A DNA stretch of 64,000 bases from the NCBI RefSeq assembly GCF_055900595.2, contig NZ_CM148325.1. One strand, given 5' to 3'. Both the position numbers and the translations under genes were made by a program. Below, piece after piece: positions 29,391 to 38,569 of the stretch (positions within the stretch are counted from its first letter, which is position 1; each line of letters starts with the position of its first letter). The notes under the pieces were generated by a model, which ran no database searches, had not been told where the DNA came from, and saw only the letters and a program-made list of their open reading frames with translations.

Positions 29391-30019
29391 TATACGTTAA
29401 GATGCAACTACAGCAGAAATTGCCACTGTTAATTTTTTCATCGTGAGCCCTTTTATTTGAACTATTATTTAAAAATGATGTCACTGCACTATAAATATTC
29501 ATCCAATCAATGAGATTATTTCAAGATGTAAGTTTTAGTTTCTCATTTAAATTGTGAAGTAGATCCCTATCTTTATCTGAACTGTTTCTATTGCACACAA
29601 TGCATGACTATTTTGTGAACGAATATAAATTTGGTAGTCAAATTATATTAAAGGTTGTTATTTATGATTGACTCATAATTTATTTATTTAATTTAAATAG
29701 CCTAGAAATAACCATGGAAATTATTTGCATGATGTTTGTTTGGATTTATTAATGTAATTGAGGTGGTTTTATTTAATACGCAATATAGCGCCGCTTGATA
29801 TTAGTTCTATTTTTTTTGCGTAAGATAGATGAGACAAACAGAGACGCATAATGGTTTGCAAGGCTCTAATACTTTGATGTTGAGGATGTGATGGGGCATG
29901 TACGGGGCATAGTACAATGATGTCCATGCTGGTGTAGATAATCTCCAGGCTTATCCGGTGCGCCGTAAAACCCCGTCCTTCAGGGCAGGGATATAAGGCG
30001 CGGTTTTCCACCTGACCAG

Positions 30020-30443
30020 GTGTTTGCTGTTGTTCAATGTATTGGCGGATGACGGATATTGGCGCACCTCCGCAGCTACTGGCAAAATAGCCAGCACTCC
30101 ACAAAACGCCTTTGTAGTAATACCTGACTGCAATATCTGGTCGATCTCGTCGCAGTCACCTACCCGATACGCCTTTGAGGCTGTTTACCAGACTGGATAT
30201 CGCCAGTTTGGGAGGATAGTTAATTAACAAATGGACGTGATCTGGTTCGCCATCCATTTCAACCAGTTCAGCTTCAAAATCAGCGCATACATTTGAAAAG
30301 TAAGCGCGTAGTTTTTCTGTCGCGTCATGGTCAAAAATCTGACGTCGGTATCTGGTGACAAAGACCAGGTGAACATGCATCAGGAAAACACAATGCCTTC
30401 CACGCCGGATATCGGTTTCTTTTTTCACAGACCAAAGTATCAT
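30020..30443 (-). pseudogene. tnpA: IS200/IS605 TnpA (HuH Y1 transposase) interrupted by an in-frame TGA after codon 95
   Basis: N-terminal 95 aa carry the HuH motif (HVHLVF); TGA at 30156-30158; the same frame continues ...YYYKGVLWSAGYFASSCGGAPISVIRQYIEQQ (conserved TnpA C-terminus). Confidence 0.75.
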
Positions 30444-30450
30444 TTGGCCT

Positions 30451-31659
30451 GTGAAACGACTACAGGCATTTAAATTCCAGTTAAGACCAGGTGATCAACA
30501 GGAGTGTGAAATGAGGCGCTTCGCAGGCGCATGTCGTTTCGTTTTCAATCGTGCTCTGGCGCTTCAGAATGAGAATCATGAGGCCGGTAATAAATACATC
30601 CCTTACGGGAAAATGGCTTCCTGGCTGGTTGAGTGGAAAAATGCCACTGAAACGCAATGGCTTAAAGATTCTCCCTCACAGCCATTGCAACAGTCACTGA
30701 AAGACCTTGAGCGGGCTTACAAAAACTTCTTCCGGAAGCGGGCTGCTTTTCCCCGATTCAAAAAGCGGGGACAGAATGATGCATTCCGCTACCCGCAGGG
30801 CGTTAAGCTCGATCAGGAAAACAGCCGTATTTTTCTGCCGAAACTGGGCTGGATGCGTTACCGCAATAGCCGTCAGGTCACGGGTGTTGTGAAAAATGTC
30901 ACTGTCAGCCAGTCCTGCGGTAAGTGGTACATCAGTATTCAGACAGAAAGTGAAGTATCCACTCCGGTTCACCCTTCAGCATCAATGGTCGGGCTGGATG
31001 CTGGCGTGGCTAAACTCGCCACGCTGTCAGATGGCACAGTCTTTGAGCCTGTAAACAGTTTTCAGAAAAACCAGAAGACGCTGGCGAGACTTCAGCGACA
31101 GTTAAGCCGCAAGGTCAAATTCAGCAACAACTGGCAGAAGCAGAAACGCAAAATACAGCGACTGCATTCCCGTATCGCAAATATCCGCAGGGACTACCTT
31201 CACAAAGTCACAACGACCGTCAGCAAAAACCACGCAATGATAGTCATTGAGGATTTGAAGGTCAGCAACATGTCAAAGTCAGCAGCGGGTACGGTCAGCC
31301 AGCCGGGGCGCAATGTCCGGGCAAAATCAGGTTTAAACCGTTCGATACTGGATCAGGGCTGGTATGAAATGCGCCGCCAGCTTGAGTACAAGCAGCTCTG
31401 GCGTGGCGGTCAGGTGCTTGCTGTTCCGCCAGCGTACACAAGCCAGCGTTGCGCGTGCTGTGGTCATACAGCGAAAGAAAATCGCCTGTCACAAAGTCAA
31501 TTCAGATGCCAGGTATGTGGATATACAGCGAACGCCGATGTAAACGGCGCTCGTAACATTTTAGCGGCGGGGCACGCCGTTCTTGCCTGTGGAGAGATGG
31601 TGCAGTCAGGCCGCCCGTTGAAGCAGGAACCCACCGAAATGATTCAGGCGACAGCCTGA
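30451..31659 (+). CDS. tnpB: TnpB (IS605 OrfB) RuvC-like RNA-guided endonuclease, apparently intact
   Basis: 402-aa ORF with RuvC-I (GLDAG), RuvC-II (IVIEDLKV), zinc finger (CACCGH...CQVCG) and RuvC-III ([10 protein letters not shown]). GTG start at 30451; an ATG at 30511 is the alternative. Confidence 0.85.
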   Translation: MKRLQAFKFQLRPGDQQECEMRRFAGACRFVFNRALALQNENHEAGNKYIPYGKMASWLVEWKNATETQWLKDSPSQPLQQSLKDLERAYKNFFRKRAAFPRFKKRGQNDAFRYPQGVKLDQENSRIFLPKLGWMRYRNSRQVTGVVKNVTVSQSCGKWYISIQTESEVSTPVHPSASMVGLDAGVAKLATLSDGTVFEPVNSFQKNQKTLARLQRQLSRKVKFSNNWQKQKRKIQRLHSRIANIRRDYLHKVTTTVSKNHAMIVIEDLKVSNMSKSAAGTVSQPGRNVRAKSGLNRSILDQGWYEMRRQLEYKQLWRGGQVLAVPPAYTSQRCACCGHTAKENRLSQSQFRCQVCGYTANADVNGARNILAAGHAVLACGEMVQSGRPLKQEPTEMIQATA

Positions 31660-31698
31660 ACGTAGCAGGGATCCTCGTCCTTCAGGGCGTGGAGGATG

Positions 31699-32370
31699 TC
31701 AACAAACAGGTTGAATTAACTCCGCGCCCTGGTTTTTGACATTACCTACCGCGCGCGATACCGGGTGCCAGGTGAACTGGTTTGCTGGCACACAGCCGTT
31801 GGTAGCAATTTCTGATGCTTCTTTACCGCCAATCTCTTGCCGCATCCATTCCCGCGCAGCTTCTGGCGACAGTACCAGCGGGCGGCGGTCATGAATATCT
31901 ACCAGACCCTGGTCTGCTGCTGCAGTGACAATTAAAAATCCTTCGGCTTCGTCACCGCGCTCAAACGGTGTGCTACCTATCGCGGCCATAAAAACAGGTT
32001 GTCCGTCAGCACGATAGATAAAATAAGGCTGTTTTTTGTCGCCTTCTTTTTTCCACTCAAACCAGCCATCGGCAAAACAGATTGCCCGACCATGTTGCCA
32101 GAGCGGTTTAAACATACGACTGGTGGCCGCAGTTTCTACGCGGGCGTTAATCAGCGGCGGTTTATCCCACCATCCGGGAGCATATCCCCAGAAAACCGGA
32201 TCCAGATGAAGGTGTTCATCACGTTCACTGAGCAGAAGAACTTTGGTTCCCGGCGCGACGTTGTATCTGCCAATGGGTTCGGGATCATAGGGAATATCGC
32301 GTTCAATATCTTCCGCGAGAAGCGCAAGGTAATCTTCACGCGTTTGGGATTGGGCAAAGCGTCCACACAT
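31699..32370 (-). CDS. yedK: SOS-response-associated peptidase (SRAP) YedK
   Basis: Start trimmed to MCGRFAQ (catalytic Cys2). Confidence 0.85.
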   Translation of the reverse strand: MCGRFAQSQTREDYLALLAEDIERDIPYDPEPIGRYNVAPGTKVLLLSERDEHLHLDPVFWGYAPGWWDKPPLINARVETAATSRMFKPLWQHGRAICFADGWFEWKKEGDKKQPYFIYRADGQPVFMAAIGSTPFERGDEAEGFLIVTAAADQGLVDIHDRRPLVLSPEAAREWMRQEIGGKEASEIATNGCVPANQFTWHPVSRAVGNVKNQGAELIQPVC

Positions 32371-32478
32371 AGCAACCTCCTGAGAGCACACTGAAAAGAA
32401 TAGGAGAGGGGGCGGGTAAAATCTATGTGGTACAGAGGCAACGATATTCCCGCTGTTGGCCACAGCGGGAATGAGGGA

Positions 32479-32712
32479 TTACTTCTGAATTAAATAACGA
32501 ATGGTCGGCCCGTCTTGCTGAATATCCAGCACCGTATAGCCGTGATTACGAGCATCCAGTGGAATATTATTGATCGACTGCGGACAGTCGCTCACCACTT
32601 CCAGGATCTCACCTTTTTTTAACTGCGGCATCGCCTCAAGGGTTGCGACTGCCGGATAAGGGCAGGGTTCACCCACCATATCAAGACGGTAATCAGGAAT
32701 GATATTTTTCAT
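32479..32712 (-). CDS. yedF: TusA-like sulfur-carrier protein YedF
   Basis: 77-aa ORF with CPxP motif. Confidence 0.85.
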   Translation of the reverse strand: MKNIIPDYRLDMVGEPCPYPAVATLEAMPQLKKGEILEVVSDCPQSINNIPLDARNHGYTVLDIQQDGPTIRYLIQK

Positions 32713-33914
32713 GCGATCTCCTTAGCAGTCTGCGGTGCCGCACGGCGGAAGAAGCGTTTTTCCCAGCCGATAATCAACATCAGCGCAGTAAACAACAGCA
32801 AATATGTCACCAGCAGGCCACCCATCGGGCCAAAGGTTTTCAGCAGGTTGATTTTGTCCCAGTCGGTGGCCAGCGCCGGAGCGAAATCATCCCAGTAATA
32901 CGCCAGAATGGTTGAGCCGATCACATTGCCCAGACCGACCCACCAGTAGTGCACCTGACCTTCTACCGCGCGGTACATCCAACCGGTTTCGCAGCCGCCT
33001 GCCAGCACGATGCCAAAACCAAACAGTAAACCACCAATTACCGCGTTTGGTCCCGCCCACATGATTTTGGGTTCAACGCCTAACTGTACGTAACTGAAGA
33101 TCCCGATGGCACTCACCGCCATACCGATAATGATTGCTTTCGCCATATGGGTACGTCCGGTGATCCACATATCGCGGAACGCCGAAGTAAAGCAGATTTG
33201 CGCACGTTCAATCAGTAAACCAAAGCCGACGCCAAACAGCATTGCCAGCCCCAGTTTTGGTTGGTTCATCGCCGTGAGCAGCGCCCAGCCCAGCATACCG
33301 AAAAAGACCAGCATCCCGAGACGAAAACGACGCCGCGCCTGATCCGGTTTTTGCGTCAGCGGTGAGGCGGCAGAAACTTTCTGCATTTTCACGGGAATAC
33401 GGAAGATGGGCAGCAGGGTAAAGCGTGCGCCAAACCATGAACCAATGGCAGTGGCGATGGCAAAGAACCAGGCATGCAGCGAGAACTGAGGAATACCGGT
33501 AAAGAACGCCGCCAGGTTACAGCCCATTGCCAGACGCGCGCCAAAACCAGCGATAATACCGCCAATAATGGCCTGCATAATGCGGATACGGCTGCGTGGC
33601 ATGCGCAGTTTGACATTGTTGGCCCACAGCGCTGCGGCAAAGCAGCCGCCAAACATGCCGAGGATCATCATCCCGTCGATGCGGGTTAATGGCGATCCTT
33701 CCAGATGGATAATTTTAAAATAACCCCACTCTTCAGCATGGACGCCAAACAGCTGCAGGAGCTGGCCGCCCCAACGGGTAAATTCACCCGTGACAGCCCA
33801 AAAGGTGCCAGTAATGCCAAAATAGTAAGTGGAGAGAATACCCGCCGCGATGACCGCAGGGATGGGTGCCCAGAATTTAATCAACCAGGCGTGTTTGAAT
33901 TGCTGCCATGACAT
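32709..33914 (-). CDS. yedE: YedE/YeeE-family inner-membrane transporter
   Basis: 401-aa polytopic ORF overlapping yedF by 4 nt. Confidence 0.85.
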   Translation of the reverse strand: MSWQQFKHAWLIKFWAPIPAVIAAGILSTYYFGITGTFWAVTGEFTRWGGQLLQLFGVHAEEWGYFKIIHLEGSPLTRIDGMMILGMFGGCFAAALWANNVKLRMPRSRIRIMQAIIGGIIAGFGARLAMGCNLAAFFTGIPQFSLHAWFFAIATAIGSWFGARFTLLPIFRIPVKMQKVSAASPLTQKPDQARRRFRLGMLVFFGMLGWALLTAMNQPKLGLAMLFGVGFGLLIERAQICFTSAFRDMWITGRTHMAKAIIIGMAVSAIGIFSYVQLGVEPKIMWAGPNAVIGGLLFGFGIVLAGGCETGWMYRAVEGQVHYWWVGLGNVIGSTILAYYWDDFAPALATDWDKINLLKTFGPMGGLLVTYLLLFTALMLIIGWEKRFFRRAAPQTAKEIA

Positions 33915-34097
33915 GAATGTAGCCTCTGAACTCAGAAGGTTTGAAACAAGAGTCGCGAATCATACATCATGCAAATTTATTTTCGGGGTAATAATTCACA
34001 AAAATAATAGTTAGATCAAATTTCTCTCTGAACCTGGAAAGGCTGGCGACATCAGGGCTTTAATGCCACAATCCTCTTTTCTTCTCATGCAGGACGA

Positions 34098-34514
34098 ATG
34101 ATGAAAAAACTCGCAATTGCAGGCGCGCTCATGTTGCTGGCGGGCTGTGCCGAAGTCGAAAACTATAACAATGTCGTGAAAACCCCCGCGCCGGACTGGC
34201 TGGCGGGCTACTGGCAGACCAAAGGGCCGCAACGTGCGCTGGTCAGTCCGGAAGCGATAGGCAGCCTGATTGTCACTAAAGAGGGCGATACCCTGGATTG
34301 CCGTCAGTGGCAGCGGGTGATTGCCGTGCCGGGCAAGTTGACATTGATGTCAGATGATCTCACTAACGTTACCGTAAAACGTGAGCTGTACGAGGTTGAG
34401 CGTGACGGTAACACCATTGAGTACGATGGTATGACGATGGAGCGTGTGGATCGCCCGACGGCAGAGTGTGCCGCCGCGCTGGATAAAGCGCCGTTACCGA
34501 CGCCACTGCCGTAA
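34098..34514 (+). CDS. yedD: Lipoprotein YedD
   Basis: 138-aa ORF with lipobox LLAGC. Confidence 0.8.
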   Translation: MMKKLAIAGALMLLAGCAEVENYNNVVKTPAPDWLAGYWQTKGPQRALVSPEAIGSLIVTKEGDTLDCRQWQRVIAVPGKLTLMSDDLTNVTVKRELYEVERDGNTIEYDGMTMERVDRPTAECAAALDKAPLPTPLP

Positions 34515-34547
34515 TGAAATCTCCCCGGCTTGCCGCCGGGGATGAAT

Positions 34548-36035
34548 TTAAATCACCTCTTCGATAACCCACACGCTGACGCTGCCGCCGTTGCAAAAGA
34601 AGGTCGCTTCGCCGTTTTCGTCGGTTACTACGCTCTCTTGCCGGTTCCCCAGAAAATCACGCCAGGTTTTATTGCCGTAATTCTCTCCCAGATGAATGGT
34701 TTTTTCGCCATCATCCCCGTTCGACATGACCACCACGCAGCCGGGATATTCGTCGGTGCCACTGCGGCTAAAGGCAATGCAGTTCGGATGGTCGAAAAAT
34801 AACGTCTGTACACCGTGGGCGAAACGCTGACGGGCGAGAATTAACTCATCAAGCTGTTCGATTATTGGCATATCTATTGGATAGGTTTGCCCGTCACCAC
34901 CGACATCTTCGTAATGCGCACCGTAGAGGTCCGGATAGAACACCGAAGGAACGCCATTTTCCCGCAACAAAATTAGAGCATACGCCAGCGGTTTAAACCA
35001 CGGTTCGACCGGCGCTTCGAGGGCTTGCAACGGTTGGGTGTCGTGATTGGCAACGAGCGTCACGGCGTGGAAAGGATCGGCTTCCACTAATGTACCCGTG
35101 AAAATCTGCGTCATGTCGTAGTCGCGCCCCATGCGCGATGCTTCATGGAATTTCATCTGCAGCGGCGCATCAAACAGCATGGTTTTGCCTTCCACCTGAT
35201 CAATATACGTTTGCAGCTTATCAACTTCATGCGACCAGTATTCCGCCACAATAAACAGCGGCTTTGGCGCAACTTCTTGTACGTGTTCGATCCACTCTTT
35301 ATAAAACCATGCCGGTATATGTTTGACCGCATCAAGACGAAAACCGTCGCATTGCGTTTGTTCCATCACCCAGCGCGCCCAGTATTTAATCTCTTCCGTC
35401 ACGGCATGATTGCGGAAATCGATATTCTCGCCCATCAGATAATCGAAATTACCTAATTCATCATCAACCTGATCGTTCCAGCCTTCGCCGGTGTAGTCGT
35501 TAACAATTTTAAATATGCCATCTTCATCAGGGTTTTCGATATGGTCGATACCGCTAAAACATTTGAAATCCCAGATAAACTGCGAGTATTGCCCGGCACG
35601 AGCGGGGAAGGTGTAACGCGTCCAGCCTTCACACTCAATGATTTCTTCGTCAATTTGCGTACGGTCATCAGCATTTACACGCTGCACGCGAATAGCTTCT
35701 TTTTCATCCGCGCCCATTTTGTGGTTGACTACCACGTCCAACAGCACCGCAATGTCATTACGTTTCAGGGCGTCAATGGCGGCCAGCAGTTGTGCTTTAT
35801 CGCCATATTTAGTAGGGATGCTGCCTTTCTGATCAAACTCACCTAAATCAAATAAATCATAGGAGTCGTAGCCGACCGAATACCCGCCCGATGCGCCTTT
35901 ATAGGCGGGCGGCAACCAGACCATATTGATACCAATATCATTAAAACCGTCGGCGCGCTCGGCCAGTTCAGGCCAGAGCTTACCGCCTTCCGGGTAATAC
36001 CAGTGAAAACATTGTAACAGCGTGGGATTACGCAT
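34548..36035 (-). CDS. amyA: Cytoplasmic alpha-amylase AmyA
   Basis: 495-aa GH13 ORF. Confidence 0.92.
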   Translation of the reverse strand: MRNPTLLQCFHWYYPEGGKLWPELAERADGFNDIGINMVWLPPAYKGASGGYSVGYDSYDLFDLGEFDQKGSIPTKYGDKAQLLAAIDALKRNDIAVLLDVVVNHKMGADEKEAIRVQRVNADDRTQIDEEIIECEGWTRYTFPARAGQYSQFIWDFKCFSGIDHIENPDEDGIFKIVNDYTGEGWNDQVDDELGNFDYLMGENIDFRNHAVTEEIKYWARWVMEQTQCDGFRLDAVKHIPAWFYKEWIEHVQEVAPKPLFIVAEYWSHEVDKLQTYIDQVEGKTMLFDAPLQMKFHEASRMGRDYDMTQIFTGTLVEADPFHAVTLVANHDTQPLQALEAPVEPWFKPLAYALILLRENGVPSVFYPDLYGAHYEDVGGDGQTYPIDMPIIEQLDELILARQRFAHGVQTLFFDHPNCIAFSRSGTDEYPGCVVVMSNGDDGEKTIHLGENYGNKTWRDFLGNRQESVVTDENGEATFFCNGGSVSVWVIEEVI

Positions 36036-36112
36036 TCTTCGACTCCATTCAAGGGGAACATTAGAAGCGTAGCCGTAATCGGATTATTCGCGAGCCATCG
36101 ACTCATTCAGAT

Positions 36113-36478
36113 TCAAAAGAGGTTATCCTGCGGAGCCAGCACAAAGCCGCCCTGATCGCCATAGGCACTTAACACCGATTTTTGCACCGATGACTGACCG
36201 ACCAGTTTCGCCAGTTCATCCATCCGAATCTGTAATAACTGCTTTACCTTGCTTTCGTTGTCGAGAATCAGGCGCAGCATCGGGCGGAGCTGCTCCTGCA
36301 TCGTGGTGGACGGGTCAATCTCTTCAGTCAAATGTGCAATCTCCTGCACCGCATTAACATACGCCATTTCGCTGGCGATGAGTTCGTCCCATTGTTCTTC
36401 CGTTGCCAGGCGTAACATGAGCTGGCTTTTTTCGACGAGTTGTTGCCAGGCGAAATACAAATGCGGTGCGTGGTTCAT
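36113..36478 (-). CDS. fliT: Flagellar chaperone / anti-FlhDC factor FliT
   Basis: 121-aa ORF. Confidence 0.9.
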   Translation of the reverse strand: MNHAPHLYFAWQQLVEKSQLMLRLATEEQWDELIASEMAYVNAVQEIAHLTEEIDPSTTMQEQLRPMLRLILDNESKVKQLLQIRMDELAKLVGQSSVQKSVLSAYGDQGGFVLAPQDNLF

Positions 36479-36888
36479 CAGACTGGGTCCTGAATCAAAG
36501 AAGGGGAGAGTAACGACTCTTTCCAGGCATCGGCAATATTGCGCATTAATGCTTCCACTTCTTCGACTGCGGAGACATCGTTGCGTAAATTGGCTTGCAG
36601 CAAGCGCCTGACCATATAGCTATAAAGAGCAATCAAGTTTTGGGTTAATTCGTCTTTGCTCTCTTCATCAAGACTCACCCGCAGTCCGTTCTCAATGATG
36701 TTGATCGCTTTTGACAAAGAGACGCCTTTGCCTTGCTGATTGTTGTCCTGCATAAACAGGCGCGCTCTAACCAGTGCGCTCAGCACTCCATCAAATAGCA
36801 TGGTGACCAGCTGCTGCTGGCTGGCGCTCATTACGGCGCTTTCGACGCCAATTTGTGCATAGGCTTTTGAGCCGCTCGCGGTATACAT
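36478..36888 (-). CDS. fliS: Flagellin-specific chaperone FliS
   Basis: 136-aa ORF. Confidence 0.92.
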   Translation of the reverse strand: MYTASGSKAYAQIGVESAVMSASQQQLVTMLFDGVLSALVRARLFMQDNNQQGKGVSLSKAINIIENGLRVSLDEESKDELTQNLIALYSYMVRRLLQANLRNDVSAVEEVEALMRNIADAWKESLLSPSLIQDPV

Positions 36889-36902
36889 GCTGACCTCCGT
36901 GA

Positions 36903-38315
36903 TCAGGAATTACTCATTGCAGTAAATTGTTGGCTGAGATAGGTACTGGTGTTATTCAGTTTGCTCATCATGGTATCTAATTGCGTAAACTGTGCAGTGT
37001 AACGCGCCACGGTGTCATCAATGCTGGCACTGACGGATAGATACTGTTTGGTCAGTTTTTTCAGTGTGGCGTTAATACTGTCCTGTGCGCTATCAATAAT
37101 GCCATCATCGGCAAGGTAACCTTTTACCTCGGTGGCAATTTTGGTGGTAATTCCTGTTTCTTTACCATCGCCTACCAGCAATTCACGTACGGATGCTGTA
37201 TTTTCATTCAGGACTTTTTTGAGTTTATCATCATCAATTTTCAGCTTACCCGTCGTGCCGTCCTGCTTAATCCCGATCTCGTTTAATGTTTTGAAGGCAC
37301 CGTCGCTGGCACCGTTTGCAAATTGTGCGCGGATGCCGCTTTGAATTGTACGTACAACGCTGTCTCCGAGAAGTGCACCATTATTTTTATCTTGTGCTTC
37401 AGCACCTGGGTCTACTTCTTTATATTTTGTCAGGGTGTTAAAGGTGTCAATGAGGGAGTTATATGAATCCACCCAGCCTTTAATTGCTTCGGTTGCTTTA
37501 TCGTTGCTTTTTGTCACCGTGACCCGGACGTCAGTGACTTTTTTGGTCAAATCGAGAGTCACTCCCTGAGGAGCATCGGTAATTTTGTTACTTGAACGTT
37601 CAATATCGATACCGTTAACGTTTAGCTGTGCATTTTGCGCGTTAACCAGTTCCTTCATATTCCCGGTGTTGGTCTTGCTGTCATAAGCCAGCAGATCATT
37701 TAATTTACTGTCACCCTCAACAGATATGGTCATTTTATTGGCCAGACCTTCACTGGCGGTCAATACCAATTGATAGTTACCATCTTTGACTTTAACGATA
37801 CTAGCGGAAATTCCACTATCGGCATCGTTAATGGCTTTGCTGATCTCATCCAATGACGTCTGATCTTTATTGAGCTTGATTTCCAGCGGCTCTTTACGAC
37901 CGTCTTGGGTAATTTTTATTGTGCGTGTATCTGATGACTCATCACCCAGTGCATCTTTTGTTGATGCAATGATTGTCGGGGAATCAGTTCGTAAAGATTG
38001 CGCCTGCGCCAGTTGGGTTACGCTGATGGTATAGATACCGGGAGCAGCACCTGCTTCGGTGGAAACTTTAAGGTCTTCATTGCTACTGGTAACGGTAGTG
38101 CTTTTGAACAGATCGGCTTTATTTAACGCAGTATTTGCAGTCTGGAATTTTTCTAATGCACTTTTTAATGTGCCATAGGCTGTCAGACGTGCGGTATTGT
38201 CACTCTGTTGCTGAGTAATTGGGTTTAAGCGTTTTTTTTCAGCGATGGTCAGGTTGTTTAGCAATGTATCCAGCGGCAGATTCGAACCAACGCCAAGAGA
38301 TGTAAATGAAGCCAT
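36903..38315 (-). CDS. fliD: Flagellar filament cap protein FliD
   Basis: Start trimmed to MASFTSLGVGSNLPL (residue 27 of the track ORF). Confidence 0.88.
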   Translation of the reverse strand: MASFTSLGVGSNLPLDTLLNNLTIAEKKRLNPITQQQSDNTARLTAYGTLKSALEKFQTANTALNKADLFKSTTVTSSNEDLKVSTEAGAAPGIYTISVTQLAQAQSLRTDSPTIIASTKDALGDESSDTRTIKITQDGRKEPLEIKLNKDQTSLDEISKAINDADSGISASIVKVKDGNYQLVLTASEGLANKMTISVEGDSKLNDLLAYDSKTNTGNMKELVNAQNAQLNVNGIDIERSSNKITDAPQGVTLDLTKKVTDVRVTVTKSNDKATEAIKGWVDSYNSLIDTFNTLTKYKEVDPGAEAQDKNNGALLGDSVVRTIQSGIRAQFANGASDGAFKTLNEIGIKQDGTTGKLKIDDDKLKKVLNENTASVRELLVGDGKETGITTKIATEVKGYLADDGIIDSAQDSINATLKKLTKQYLSVSASIDDTVARYTAQFTQLDTMMSKLNNTSTYLSQQFTAMSNS

Positions 38316-38473
38316 ACCTAATTCCTTTTGATTGCAAACAGTAGATAAGCGGGTTATCGGCAATTTGTGCGCAAAGTTTAATAGTTGATTCACGAAGATG
38401 ATGCGCAGAGTAGAGTTGTATATTACGGATATTTCAGCCGTTAAGAAAAAACAGGAGAGAAACTAAAATTTTC

Positions 38474-38500
38474 TAAAGTTCGAAATTCAGGTGCCGATAC
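38474..38500 (+). promoter_or_regulatory. Sigma-28 (FliA) class 3 promoter of fliC
   Basis: TAAAGTTC-N11-GCCGATAC, close to the sigma-28 consensus TAAAGTTT-N11-GCCGATAA, about 70 nt upstream of the fliC ATG. Confidence 0.8.
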
Positions 38501-38569
38501 AAGGGGTACGGTGAGAAACCGTGGGCAACAGCCCAATAACATCAAGTTGTAATTGATAAGGAAAAGATC

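Larger units (their letters stand above)
29940..31700 (+). mobile_element. IS200/IS605-family element (divergent tnpA pseudogene and tnpB); boundaries approximate
   Basis: HuH Y1-transposase and TnpB genes back to back; both ends carry the same 13-nt imperfect-hairpin core CGTCCTTCAGGGC in the same orientation (29974-29986 and 31676-31688). Confidence 0.75.

Noticed and set aside
26848-29940. Intact DLP12-like prophage
   Set aside because: Only the emrE/ybcL/ybcM cargo trio is present; no integrase, lysis, capsid or tail genes in the window, and flagellar and yed core genes flank it directly.
29769-30104. 111-aa ORF as an independent gene
   Set aside because: It is the same reading frame as tnpA continuing past the in-frame TGA; it begins at a non-ATG codon and runs through the left-end hairpin, so it is a pseudogene remnant.
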